Assembly (NCBI GenBank): GCA_024704765.1
Contig: JAKMXF010000332.1
Location: forward strand, 797,995 to 861,994
Reading direction: 5' to 3'
Source of the DNA: Oopsacas minuta
Lineage: Eukaryota; Animalia; Porifera
DNA length: 64,000 nt
Shown: piece after piece, positions 1 to 13,592 of the stretch
Numbering within the stretch: the stretch's first letter is position 1
Layout of the letters: every line of letters begins with the position of its first letter
Made by a program: the position numbers and the translations under genes
The notes under the pieces: generated by a model
The model's input: the letters and a program-made list of their open reading frames with translations, nothing else
Databases searched by the model: none
Told to the model about the DNA's origin: nothing

Positions 1-1
1 A

Positions 2-480
2 ATTCCTTTCTTAGAAAAGTTTCATGATGAGGGTAAATATTACTTCTGGCCTGATCTAGCAAGTAGCCATTATGCGAAAGATACGCTTAAACTTTTTGAA
101 GATCTAAATATCCCATATATTCCAAAATTTGCTAACCCTCCTAATACACCTCAATTAAGGCCAATTGAGGATTTCTGGGGTTATTTGAAATCCAAAGTTT
201 ATGAAGGTGGGTGGGAAGCTAAATCCTTCAGAATGTTGAAGCAAAGGATTCGGAAATCAATCAGGCAAGTGGAATTTTCAATTGTCCAAGGCTATTTTCA
301 AGTGTCAAGACGAATATCCGAAAATCTGCAGACAATGCCCCATTAGCAGCGATCCATTGAGTTCTAGCTAAATTAAAATGTAATTAAACAAATATGATCG
401 AATTATACAATACTTTGTTGATAATTGATACAAGCTCAAACAAGATGAAATTTGTCTAATTTTTTAGTGCTCACCCGTTA
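2..480 (+). mobile_element. 3' part of an ITmD37E-type (IS630-Tc1-mariner) transposon; transposase C-terminus 2-360 with a late frameshift
   Basis: Frame 2 reads FWPDLASSHYAK...NPPNTPQLRPIEDFW with exactly 37 residues between the second D and the E. A 1-nt frameshift near 300 gives ...KSADNAPLAAIH* ending at 360. The probable right end is near 480 (gtgctcacccgtta, then TA); the left end is outside the window. Confidence 0.85.
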
Positions 481-562
481 TATATTGTTCTACAAATATA
501 TCAAATATCCGTAGCATAAATATCAATACTATAATACGATGTATGTATGTATATATAAGTAA

Positions 563-1135
563 CAGAGCAGCAAATGGGTCATGAGTCATTCTTGATGGTT
601 CATGACTCACCAGCACTTATATACATTTAGTGTATTTGGAAAAAATGCAACGAAAATATGCGATTTGTCACACATTAATGTCTAAAAGGTATTAGTATTA
701 TCAAAAATTAGGTTTTGTCATGTTAATATTATTGTCAAAAATATAATAATGCTAAAAATTGAATTGCAATTGTTGTCTAATATAGCTATGCGGGTTTGTA
801 ATCCAAGGATCTTCAGTAGAAAGCGAGAGGCATTTTAATGCTTTTAATGGTCGGAATATTATAAATCACCAACGAAATTCAAGGTTACCCGAGACTGTGG
901 AGCTGTCATGGTAGTTTTGGAGGGGTACAAACCAGCATAATTTCATGAGTTAAATTAAATCATTTTCAACATGAATCTCTTAGTATTAAAGTATGTTGTG
1001 TTAATGGGTCAAGATGGGTCGCGAGATAATCGATGGGTCATATGGGTCATGGGTCACAGCTTCGATGGGTCATATGGGTCATGGGTCACAGCTTCGATGG
1101 GTCACGTGGGTCATGGGTCATTTGGTGCAGCTCTG
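563..1135 (+). mobile_element. Internally deleted hAT element (573 bp)
   Basis: Ends cagagcagc... and ...gcagctctg form a short imperfect TIR. 8-bp flanks are ATAAGTAA and ATATGTAA (7/8 match). Bases ~805-915 translate as GSSVESERHF...RNSRLPETVEL, a hAT dimerisation-domain remnant. Confidence 0.75.
1011..1121. repeat. Subterminal ATGGGTC repeat array of the hAT derivative
   Basis: About ten copies of ATGGGTC(A), including a duplicated ~31-bp block; the same motif occurs once at the left end (575-582). Confidence 0.85.
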
Positions 1136-3059
1136 ATATGTAAGTATGTCAGAATTGATTGAAGATACTTGAGGACCTCCAGGGCTGTGTTTAGGAATAC
1201 AGGGGGACTTTGGGCATGGGCCGGACAATTTCGAGTCTTGGACGAAAATACAGACATATCGTGAAATTATGACGCCATTGTCCCCTTTGGATTTTCAAAA
1301 AATCTCAATATTATCAATTACTATTCAGCCATGATAAAAGTTGGAAATTTGAATCACAGGTACCCTTCAATGTGACAAATGTTCTGACTTCAAGATTCTG
1401 ATCAAAGGCTAACTCATAGTGGGATTATAGTGTCATCATGAATGTACATAAATAATTTTCCAAATTTCATAATACTCGAGGCACGAAGTGGTCATAGTAC
1501 TAAGCAAAAGGTAGAATACCATCTCCTGTGTCACCACATTAGGGCATTGAATGTAATTTGGATGAACCATGGATAATACAATCTTAAAAATTTTAACTAT
1601 TCTGTGAATTCGAGGCACGTAGTGCCGAGTATATTCTGTAGCGTGGCGACCAATAACACTATACAATTTAGCTTTACAATACTTAAGCTAATCCAGAGCA
1701 CTAAGTTGTAGCACAGCAACATAGCAAGCTATTCGCGCTAGTTATTACTAATTCGTAACTCTCAATTCAATCGCTACTTTTATTACAGTTACTCAGTGAT
1801 CCCCATCCAAGGAAGAGGAGGACATTACTGTAGAGACTGGTTTTCTTACTTTTCTGATATTCTAACAACATTTCATTTACAAATTTGATAATCTTGGATT
1901 TACTATATGCATTCTTCATCGGTTTATCATACGATGTATATTTCCCTCAAATATATCGTTAGAACAATACCGCTGTCGGTTGTACCTAGAATGCTGGTAT
2001 TTTGGTTGTTTGACATTGATTATGTATAAAAAGCGATTCAAACACATTGAAATTAATTTCCATGGATATTGCTATGGAGGTCCACGTTAAGAATTAATCC
2101 ATTCATGAATCAGTTTGTAGAGAGACAGAAAATATCGAAATCCATGTCCGAGATCAGGGTCTAGCTAATTTAGACTGGTTAAAGGGCCCATCGGTCCTCC
2201 CAATATCTCCAAGGCCTGTGCGATCGCATAGTACCCAAGTTCTTCAATCTGGCACTGAATGTTGCATAATTGAGAGCATGCCATGAAATCAGTGTATCAT
2301 ATAGTAGGCAGAGAGGAAAATAACCAAATTTCAGTAGTGAAAATATTAGTCATGGGTTACGAATATATTTTGGTGCTATTTGGAATTCATATAGGTTAGA
2401 AATAAATTAATCTGCAAACACATGTATTTAACTAATACTCAAAAGTAAATTTCATTCTGCGAATTTAGCAGCTTCAATGAAGGAAGGAAGTCCTCAAATT
2501 CATAGCAAGTACAAATGTCTACAACAATTGTAAGATAACAGGATTTACATTCCTCTCGATTCAAAGGTGAATATCACATTATCTTTCGAGCTACTATGGC
2601 CAAAACTACAGAGTAACAAATAAGAGGAGGTAGTTCAGTGTTGAGAACGTAGTTATATCAAAACTCTAATTGGGCGCACAAATTACAATATTCAAGAAGT
2701 TGATTCTGAAAAGAAGGCTTAGACTCACTGCTCACCACAGTAAAGGCTTGAAGTCAGGGTCAGGTGGAACAGGTCCTCTTGAATAACGTCTGGTAGTTCC
2801 ATATCCACTATAATATGTCGTCTCGCTTATAAACTTTTTACTGGGTCGCTCTACGCAAGTTGGTTACTTATAATCTAGAGTAAATATCATCTTGTTAAAT
2901 AAGTTTTAGACATGATATAACCACTCAGTCTTTTTGATTTAGTATTAAGTTTCAATAAAATTGTACTATTGATAGTGCCTATTGTGAATTAGTAAACAAC
3001 TTTGAAATAATATCCCAAGATTTTACACACAGAAGAATAGAGGAAGACATATTGAAGTG

Positions 3060-4825
3060 AGATTTGCAAACAAATCAATTTTAGCAAGTATTTTAATCCC
3101 ACTATAATTAGAGCATATCCAGGTGATTATATGAAACTTGGATTTACAAGTAGCTTAACTGAAGCAATGAAAAACCGTGATGTGTCACGTGTCTTAAAGT
3201 TATATCTGCAGTCCATTAAACCGTTTCAGCTCAGGATACATTGCGAAAGGAACATCCAACATACAAGGATGAAGATATTTCTTATTCCAAAGATAATCAC
3301 ATTCTGCAAAGACTTTAGAAATTTACACTACAGGACAGACATTTGTCAACACAAGAGCTGCAGTTGAAGTATAATACATTTTGTCACAGTGTTTCGCAAA
3401 AATCTAAGAAACTCCGCAATTTGGAGAAGAATTAGTATTGCCTTGCACGAAAGATATTGTGCGTCTTATGGAAGGGAAATTCTGTCACTTTCTGATAATA
3501 TGTCAACACAGAATACAAGAAATGTCAGAAGTAAATGATCAAGTCGTGGAAAAAATCAAATTGTCGCCACCTATGTTTTACGATTGGACGAGTCAACGGA
3601 TGTTTTTCTTGTGCTCAGTTGATGGTTCATGCAGTTATCTCCACAATATAGATTTCAAGGAATCTCTTAGTCAGTCAAGTGAAAGTCAATCAAGTGGAAT
3701 AGATATTTAAACAGGGTGGACAACCTTTTTGTACAAGAAGGTATAGATTGGAGAAAAGTTTGCGCTGTTTGACTCATGGAATTCTTCCTAAGTTAGGAAG
3801 TTATTCTGGTTATCAGACACTAGTTAAACATATTGTCCCAGATGTGTTATCAAATCACTGTGATTTATCGTGAAGCACTTGCAGCAATAACTTTAACAAT
3901 CTCCCAAATCTAGTCTTGCATGATGTAATCAAAATTGTCCATTTTGTCAAAATAGTGCTCTCAACACACGATTTCAGGAATCTTTGTTTAGAGATGGATG
4001 CAATTTAATGATTCTATTGTACCACACTGTGGCTTGATGACTTTCAAAGTGCAATTTGTTAAAACGTATTCTCGATCTTAAGGACGAAAGAACAGAATTT
4101 TTGAAGCGCCAAAATAAGACAAAATGAATCAACCATTTCCAAAGTCAAGAGTGGGGTACTAAAGTTTGCTATCTCTCTGATATTTTTGAACGATTCAACA
4201 CTCTGAACCTGTCATCTCAAAGTGAAGAAAGCAACATGGAGTTCGTGGATAAGCTTTCTGCTTTTCAAAAAAATGGTCGATCTCTGGGGAAAGAAATTAT
4301 AAACAGTGATACATGCAATGTTTGCTCTTCTTTGAACACATATTGAAGATCATAAATCTACAATTAGAGATGGTTCGAAAATATCAGTGGATTGTATTTA
4401 CAATTACTCAGGGGTGAATTTGAAATATATTCACAAAAATAATGAAATCTCAGTTCTCACTGGTTCGAAATATATTCCTAGTCAAATTGGATGATGCAAC
4501 CCGAAAAATGATACTGTTGCCTACGAGGACTTTATCATATTTGTGAATGACTCGGGAGCAAAGAGCATGTTTTTCCAGGGTGAACTTGACTCGATTTGTA
4601 GTTCCAAGCTAATAAGCTACCTAGATATGTCACAATAATCCATAAATTGCTAATGCCGTTCCTACCAACTGATATGTGTGAAATAACATTTATTAGCATG
4701 CTTAGAAAAAACAAAGGCTAGAAATAGGTTTGATATTGAACCAGATTTGTGCTGCAGCTTATCAATCACACAACAAAGTATTGAAAGTATAGTTAAAATG
4801 AAATAGCATCAAATGTCAAATTAGA
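3060..4825 (+). pseudogene. Decayed hAT Charlie/Buster-type (ZBED5/SCAND3-like) transposase
   Basis: Fragments across frames: MKLGFTS, DWTSQRM overlapping LDESTD, SSGIDI, HREAL-like, LLYHT-WLSKG-like, LMPFLPTDMCEITF and RNRFDIEPDL. Many stops and frameshifts; TIRs not confidently found. Confidence 0.8.
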
Positions 4826-7360
4826 ATTGACAAAATATACAAAAAATGAATCAAAGAATTGATACAGCCTACTCTATACATTAGATTCAATTAAATAGTA
4901 AAATTAGTCCAAATATACTTTAATGGGTGAGACGCGAAGATTGCAAAAATCAGAAAGCGGTAGGCTGCACCATGTACACATTCGAGCTTTCAGGCTTCGA
5001 TCAGGGAACTAGGAGCCGGTCTGCTGTAACATCATTAATTCGATGTAAATTTATCCAGGTAATAAGATGTGATGAATGCCGCAGCAATCATACTTTGCTT
5101 CCTATGTCTCTATAGATATAAACTGGTATTTCTATATGTCCTTATCCGCGATAACAGAAGTAGACATATGATTTGAGAAAGAATTACAATAATTGATTTA
5201 GTTTTTACAAGTTTCAGTGTTCCCCACCAGGATTGAAAGACAACTCTGTCACCTGTACATGTAATAACCCTAAGCATATATTACACATTTGGATTTGCTA
5301 GATATTTAAAATTTAACGTTAAACGATGCGGTTAACGATCTTTGGTGGGAATACTCAGAGCCTCTCAAAAATAAATATCCTAGAATGTGGTGAAACAAAA
5401 TGTCAATATCTTATATGAAATCTATATTCAAATTGATAACTGTTTTGCCCCTAATTAAGGAATTCTTATCGAGACCATTCCGTAGCATGTTGGTATGTAT
5501 TTATATGACATTAGATAAGATAGACACAGTGATAGACCTAAGTAAGGCCAATATCACATAATCGAATGGGCTCGAAATTATAATGTCATGCGGTTGAATA
5601 GAAATAAAACCAAGCTTAAAATACACCTAATTTTGACGTTGTTTTGTTTAGAGTTAAATGGCGGTAGTATGACTTATTAGTAGTGGTCCTTGGTTTACTT
5701 GTGTAAAATTCATTAGAGAAATTTCTTTAAAATTTATATAGACAAAAAATCCCGGCTTAACAGGAACAAGTACAACTCATATTTACATAGAGGACTGGAT
5801 GGGGTTCGTTGAGACCTTTGTTTGCTGTATCCGGAGAAATATGAAGAACGATAAATGTAAGTATGTAACTTCTATCAATATTCAAAAATATATGTAACAA
5901 TACTGTCAATAGATCCTATTTGTTGAGAATTATTGCGAAAAGCAACAAGAATTAGTGAGGCCGTTTAAAAGAAAATACTTGTTTCCAATCCGCGTACGTC
6001 AAACGTTTTATTCTCCGTCAGGATAAATTATATTTGTAGTTTTACAAATCTAAGGTTATTTACAGATCACAGATAATGCAACCCACACTATACTAATCGT
6101 ATAGTTGAAACAAACATTTTTTATGCCCAGAGGTTATGTATTGAGACAAAAAAAGTTCCCAATATTTCACAAATGATTAAGACAAGACAGAAAAGGGGTA
6201 CGGGTAACATATTTCCGAACTATGCATTCAACCTAACTACACTATCCAGGGGTCATAAAAACTTGGGTAAAGAGTCGACAGCTACTGCTCTTCTCAATAA
6301 TGGGCATTTTTTGGGCTGGAGGGCTAAACTCTCTCCAGTGAAGACATCAGGAATACTATAAATAACTTGACCAAAGTTGAAGATAGGAGGCAGTTTAACA
6401 AAAGTATCCTGTGTGAAAACACATGTTGACTTCAAAAAGATTTACATCAGATGAAACAAAATTCCCATTTATGCTACTTTTTGGCCTAAATCTGTCTAAA
6501 TTTCCGTATGTTATTCGTGTAAAATGTGATATATATAATTTGCGTATAAAGTGAAGTTTAATAAGTATACATAGCATGTATATAATGAGGAGTAAATGAT
6601 ATTGAGCAATATAACCAAATTCTGGGAAATTAAACATGCATAGATTTTATGGATGCATAAATATTATTGCATGGTATAAATTCCGACAATAGCCATTTCA
6701 GGAAAGTATATTAGATGACCATTTAGAACGGTTTCATACGTTTAGTTGGACTGAGGTACCGGAGCGGAGTCGAAAGAGGGTTTGAAGAAATATCGAAATT
6801 GGGATGTCACGTTCGTGTGTTAAGGAAGCTTTTGCCAAACATGCTCATGTGCACCTATAACACTGATATACAAAATTGTAAAAAGTTTTTGATGATTAAA
6901 TAAAAATAGCTGAAATTGAACAATTTGAAGGGAATGTTTATGAATGAGTTAGGTATATATTCACAACAGGTCTAGAATTTATAATATTCTGGTTGGAAGA
7001 TTGCACCAATATGCGATAAAATATATGAAATTAAACATACATGCAGGGCTGTATCAACTCATTTTGAGTTGGCAAAATCAACTCATTCATTTAGATGTAA
7101 CCAACCCATTCAACTCATTTCAAATCATTCAACTTATTTCAATTCATTTCAACTCAAATTGTGTTACACTATGTATGATTAGGAATATACATGCAGTCTG
7201 ATATGCATTGAATGGTTAGAATCAACTATAGCTTTTTCTTCATAAGACAATCCACTATTACCGTATCAGAGATCATCAACATAATAAACCGAAAGAAAAA
7301 TATGCGTACAGCCCTGCATTCATGTTTATTTCCTACTAAATCATACTAATATTAACTATC

Positions 7361-7775
7361 ACTAGCACGCTATGCTTGCTTGCGCTACGCGGATTCGAAC
7401 ACTTCTTGTTTGTACTCGGCATTCGGCCCTCGCTTTGACTACTAGTTTGTGTGGTTTTCGGAAACAGCGTACCCGATTACCCTACAATAGCCGTTGAAAC
7501 CACATTTCTAGGATAATTTTGAAATTGTTTACTTTTTTGTTTACTTTATATTCATATAAACAACTTAAATTTGTATATAACAAATCCATGAGTGTGATTC
7601 GGATTCACATATTCGCTAACCTTTAGTCAAGGTTTATGAAATTTGCATATTTTCCTGATTAACACCATAGATATATACATAGATGCAAACATTTTTCCAA
7701 ATACGAATTCCACATTCCATTTCAGCTTCCTTAGCAACGGACAAACGGATAGACAGACAGAGAGACAGAAGATGA
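7361..7775 (-). mobile_element. Possible non-autonomous Helitron-like element
   Basis: The minus strand ends in a GC-rich stretch followed by CTAG|T (plus 7361 actagcacgc...ctacgcgg). The other end has a (TGTC)n microsatellite at 7745-7770, as in Lep1/HINE-type elements. Confidence 0.35.
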
Positions 7776-8200
7776 TTTGGTAAATTGAGATTTCTTATTA
7801 GGTCATCAAGATCATCTTGATCAATAAGCTGAGGAGAATTATTATCTGGTGGGAGTATGTACTCATTAGAATCTCCACTACTATCATTGCCACTGGTAAT
7901 GTCCAATATTTCTAATGGAACTGGTACAAGTAGGTCCTCTGAATGTGGAACTGGCCTAATGGTGGACGGTACGTCTGGATACGCAATACTGGATTTATTC
8001 TTTCGGGTGATACCATCAATTTTCGTCATACAGAAATAACAATCCAAAAGATGACACATTGGTTCTCTCGATATCATTGGAACGCAAATGGCATTTTCTT
8101 CCTCCTCCAAGCATACCACAAGCGTAAGTTCCCAGTGCATGTCTTACATGCATTGTGTGGAGCCCACGGCTTATCTTAAACCCCAAGATGGCATCCAAAA
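7775..8200 (-). pseudogene. Fragment of a Chapaev3 transposase N-terminus
   Basis: WAPH-C--C-like stretch, ICVPMISREP...DCYFCM...YPDVPSTIRPVPHS and LIDQDDLDDLIRNLNLP, homologous to the ORF at 54114-55823; truncated. Confidence 0.85.
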
Positions 8201-9287
8201 TATGCAAAATAACAGCGTTCTATAGCCTTTGTGATATTTTCCTTTGGTCAGTTGTAGTATACCTCCAACAAATACGACAAAAATTTCAGGAAATTTTGCA
8301 AACACGAGAAGCCATAAACAATAAAATGAACAAGAGTGGAATCAAACAGATTATAACTACTATTAGAGGCAATTTACATCATATAAGCAATTAAAACCAA
8401 ATAATTGGATAAGTGTGATGTCTAGAATTGAATTTAGAAATATTTTGACCATGTAGTCAATTAAAAGACCGAAATAACTAAAATAGAAATTTCTTACTTT
8501 TAGTATCCTTGAGAATGAAAAAAATACATATAATTCCCAATATATCAACACTATGCAAAAATAATAGAGAAAGAAGATCATCAAAAATGTTGTATATCAG
8601 TGTAGTTAATGGATATTTTATGATGACCACGAATATTAGCCCAAAAACTATTAAACTGAAAATGGAAGATTTTATTTTATAGGGGTATTATCTGAATTAC
8701 ATAGCAATCAGATAATATTTAAGTTTTATAAGAATAATTGCCCAGAATTAGGTAATATTGTCCCTCATCGTTTACTTTTTCATAATATACATACTAAGTA
8801 TACTTATGATTCACTACAATACACCAATAAATTAGGAAATTCGGACATAATTAGGCTAAAAAATGCCAATTAAGTTTCATGTGAGTTTAAATACACGGCG
8901 TCCCTATCTTCAATTATGTTTGGAGAAATAGGGCCCAATGGAAATCTGGTTTCAGAAAACGTATTTTTACACTTTGAATTCAATGGAATCTTTAGAAATA
9001 GAGTTCCAGGCGAAATTAGATAAATGTCAAACCAAAATTTCACGGGATATAATATTTTTCCCCCGTGCCCTAGAAAATGCCAATATTTGGTAAACGCAGC
9101 AGCTTCCGCCTGTTTGCCAAAGTTTGTCTCACTGCTAGATGGCAGTTCTAAATGAGTTTGTAGGAAGCTAACAGTGGGTATTTTATCTGGAGAGGGAAGA
9201 GGAAATTAACTAGGTGACAAAGTTTAAATAGAAATTTTGCTAAGTAGTAGAGCATCAGATTCATCAATCGAAACAAATTCGTTTAAC

Positions 9288-9386
9288 TCAAATGATTACA
9301 ACAACAGGAAGAAATTGCGACATTATATCGAAGGACGATATGTCTATATAATGTTGCAATTCCTTCCTGTTGTTGTAACTATTTGA
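9288..9386. repeat. 99-bp imperfect palindrome (about 40-bp arms, 19-nt loop)
   Basis: Left arm tcaaatgattacaacaacaggaagaaattgcgacattata versus reverse complement of the right arm tcaaatagttacaacaacaggaaggaattgcaacattata; 4 mismatches. Confidence 0.9.
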
Positions 9387-9540
9387 CTTCTTCTTCGAAA
9401 TATGTTGAGGAATTATAACTTCTTATCAAGAAGATCCAGAAACTAGCATTCATAATTAGATCGTAGTCAGTCAGCACTGTCATTGAAATAAATCAATGTA
9501 TATGACGCAAGGCCATCTTCCGCTAGCTCTCGAAGGTCTA

Positions 9541-10635
9541 CAAGGGTTGTTCATAAGTATTGAAACTAATGTATCGAATCCATATTCTAGTTAATACAGC
9601 TCTAAGCCTAGTATCAGATTACAAGCCTAATTTGATTGTATAAAATCTATACAAAATACTCTTTACTCTACTAGCATATTCTTCAGTATAAAGTTTAATT
9701 TGTATAGGCTACGTTTTTCAACTAATGAAATTTAGCAAAGAAGGAAAACGACAAATAATTTGGTCCAGTGGAAAAAGGGGAAAACTGGCTTATACATTCT
9801 TCGTGAAATGCAGGATATTTTCGGTGATGAATGTCCTACGAAAGCCACAATATATAGACGGATCGGACGCTTTGATAATGGCGATGTGGACCTCCACGAT
9901 AACCCTCGTCCAGGTTGTTCGACTTCCTCAAAAACCCGCAGTAATATCGAGAGGATCCAAACAATATTGGAAGAGGACATACGAATAACTCTGCGGGGGT
10001 TAGAAGAGGGGGTAGGTATATAAAGCCACATTACATTTGACTATCACTGAAGATCTGGAAATGTCGAAGGTAACTACGCGTTGGGTCCCAAAACTTCTTT
10101 CAAAATAACGCAAACACGAAAGGGTCAGAGTTAGCAAAGAATTACTTTTAAGATACAAGGCAGAGGAAGACTTTTTGGATCGTATAGTAATGGGGGATGA
10201 AACTTGGTTTCATTATTATGAACCAGAGAGCAAAACTCAATCGAAGCAGTGGAAGAGACGTGATGAACCTGTACCCATCAAGGCAAAGGCCGGAAAATCA
10301 GCAGGGAAGAGAATGGCAACAGTATTTTGGGATAGGGAAGGAATTATATACCTCGACTGGTTACCTGAGAAGACCACCATAAACAGTGATTATTACGTTG
10401 ACGAATTGAAAGAATTGCGTCAAGCGATTAAACAAGAGAGGTGAGGCAAGTTGACAAGCGGCGTATTGTTGCAACATGGGCTGGAAAAGTTACCAAAACG
10501 ATGGAAACGATGTATAAAGTTAAAGGGGGAAATCATCGAAACATTTGAAAATCAAATATGATGAGTATAGGTTTACTATATAGGTTTACTATAAAAATTA
10601 TGAATAAGGTCTCATTATTTATTGAACAACCCTTG
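9541..10635 (+). mobile_element. mariner element with internal deletion; transposase pseudogene ~9725-10556
   Basis: TIR caagggttgttca at both ends with TA flanks. WVPKLL and MGDETWFHYYEPE motifs are present. The DNA encoding the second and third catalytic D is deleted (jump from VLLQH to GLEKLPKRW). Confidence 0.92.
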
Positions 10636-11379
10636 TATAACTCTTTGAACTCACATCTAAAATGTCAACATCAGCCATGTATCGTTAGATTCGAATATAA
10701 TTACTGGTTTCGAATTTACATGATCCGAAATTTGTATAGGATGATGATGATTAGAAAACAATTTTTCACGTTCTTGTTCATTCTATTCATGTATGCGACC
10801 ATTGTTTGATTTTGTCGAAAAAGGAAATTCGAAGGATGTGGCAAAATTCACTTCACAACAAGATTCATCACTTTTGGAAATCCAATCGCTGTTTCTAATA
10901 ATACCAAAAATATTCTATAACAAGCTACTCGAGTAATTTCTTTGATAAACTTGAGGATGGAAAACTATAACAGACCAACACGTTACCCGGCGTTAAATGT
11001 GATACAAGTCGGAGTACAAAATCTTCAGGTGCTACGGTTTGACTTTCCCGTGAATACTTCAAACATTAAGTACAGGACAAAATTGTCTCCAGAATATTCT
11101 TTGTGTAAAGAATTTGAAAGCATCTAAATAAAATCAAGAATATTATAAATCTTAGCTTTAAAATAGTAAAAAACAAAAAACAATGAAAATATGCTTTATG
11201 TTGTGTTATTTTTAAAGAATGATAATTCATATCTCGGTTATTCTTTACACAACTGTAAAATACCTTAGAGAAACGGAACAAAAGAAAAGATACCGTAAAC
11301 AGGCAATTTGATAAGAAGCCATTGCGAGATATAAACACTTACTAATCACTAGCCCTCATTTTGTAAGAAATATCATGAA

Positions 11380-12100
11380 TGTTTATTGTAGTAAAATTTA
11401 TTCCCGTAAGCATTTTCGTAGCTTGTTCTGTTATAGCAAAGTCTGTTGTTGCAATTATAAATGTAATAACAGACGCTTATATATTTTCCAATGTTTGTAT
11501 CAAGTTTGATATGGTGATTCCGAATATGTGCTCTATATACTACAGCACGTCACAATTTTATTATAATCATGGAAAATGGGGAAACTGCTAAAATTTCCAA
11601 ATTTTTTCCTGTATATCAATGTAATTTCTCAAACTTCAATGAATTGCCGAACCTACGTGAAATTATGTCTCACAATTATCTGAAAGAGCTCTATACAACC
11701 GAAACAGGTGAATAACACTCCATAAATGATATAAGGTATTCTATTTATTTCACTATTTTTGCGTATTGTTTGAATTCCTTCCCAAAATTTACAGTTTCGG
11801 CTATACAGAAATCTCTTTGATTCTATATGTGTGGCAAATACCCTATTGTTCTCAAATATCTGTAATTTCTTGGTCATCACTCTCAAAGATAAAAAATATA
11901 ACCGAAGATTTAACAATTTTTGACATTTTCAAGTCTGATATTGTGGAATTGTTACGTAATAGAGAAAAATGGACTTCAGATTCGGAATTAGCGGAGAAAA
12001 TTTTAGAAAACATAAATTTTCTTGACCTGAGTAATTATAAATGCATACATATATATATATATATAGGACGCGGTCTATACCATACCTATGTTTAATATGA
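11380..12100 (+). repeat. Copy of an unclassified dispersed repeat (CMC/Transib-like subterminal motif)
   Basis: Shares tactacag(c/t)acgtcacaatttta (11531) and a gacttcagattcggaattagc motif (11984) with the minus-strand copy at ~31000-31800. Confidence 0.45.
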
Positions 12101-13592
12101 TTCATCCTATCATATCTCATTTAGGTAACGTACAATTTGGAATCTACATAGTCAATTACCTATGGCTTACAGTCGAAAAGAAATATCTAGAATCATTTGG
12201 AAAGAAAAGCAAAGAGATGTTATAAAATATGAGTAAATCATATGATAAAATTGGAATATGTAACTTTCAGACTCTCAAAATCTCAAAATCGGACTCTACG
12301 TACTCAACCACCTCGAACAAAATATTGAAACATTAACTGTAGTATTCTTTTGTGTGAAATTATAATTAATCATCAAAAGGTGTTAAATTTGACAGGAATA
12401 TATTCCGCGCGGGAGGACGTTCGAAGGGTACATCATCCATGCAATTAGGAGCTGCACTTTATTTAAAACATCTGAGAAGGTAATCATCACCACTACTATG
12501 GTAACGATAGTATAATATTCGGAAAATTATCCCACATAACAACTACACTTCATCGATTGTAATTATATTATCCTATCTCTCATAAATTGGATTTATTAGG
12601 ATTTTAGCATTTAATTACCTCATTTCATTGTCTTGTCAAATTTTGAATGGTGGTACGCAGGGGCGGATATAATGCCTAAACTGTATTCGATATATATTTG
12701 TCATTTGGTAGCTTGAATTAAACAGAAAATGAGGATTTTCAGTAGCGTTGTATAATGGTGGTTCCAAGTCGTGTGACAAATTTGGGTAATAGGATATATT
12801 GCAAACATTATGAACAGATGAAGTGTTCACAAAGTTCTTGTCACAAACTTGCATACATGCTATCTCCATGCCAAGTAATTGTAAGTTCATGTACAGTTCG
12901 TCGATATAAATGTTCGGGCCAAAACAAATAAAGTTTTCCAGTGTTCTTCCAAAGTCAAACATTCCTCCCTAGGCTCAAATCTAAGAATTTTGTTCTTTGA
13001 TCTGTCAACACTAATTACAAATAACTTCGAAATAAAAATAGATGAATTACTAATATGCGAACACGAATGTAAATTTTAATGGTTCATATTACACATATGG
13101 TATTGTTCCGAGTTAGTGACCAGGATATCCAATTTCAAGCATTGGGGACTAATAAATAGTATAAAGGGTGGGATAGTTGAATAAAATTTTTACAGACGAA
13201 ATAAGCTTCCTATTCTTCAGATAAGAACGTTTCTGATAATCGAGGGTCTACAACTGTAAAACGATTATTAAGTCAATAATGTGGTAGTAGTTATTTAATT
13301 GTTTTAGTAATAGAATTACAGTCCTGGTTGCGAATCTGAATCTTAAGTGACAAATATCTTGCTTATACAAAACGAGAATTCAAATTGAACGAAATATTTT
13401 TGATACAAGGCTATGCGGATTATCTTAGGGACTACTGACGTGGGTTCATGTTCCAAAACACGAGACCATGAGATTAGTCTATAATACATAGAAACCAACT
13501 CTACATAAAAGTTATTAAACCACAAGTGGCATAAATCAGAGGATAAACATTCACTCCAAAAGATAGTGTGAACGCGTTTACATTGCCACATA

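Noticed and set aside
971-1162. 63-aa ORF rich in G/H/M/S
   Set aside because: Translation of the ATGGGTC subterminal array.
2700-2860. Minus-strand peptide GPVPPDPDFKPLLW, vaguely MULE-like
   Set aside because: Too short, and no flanking MULE motifs were found.
7634-7775. C-terminal part of the 168-aa ORF as a novel domain
   Set aside because: Read-through from the Chapaev3 fragment into a microsatellite-containing repeat.
12636-12962. 108-aa ORF and other isolated 60-110-aa ORFs in AT-rich spacers
   Set aside because: No recognisable motifs or splice context; composition is typical of chance ORFs.
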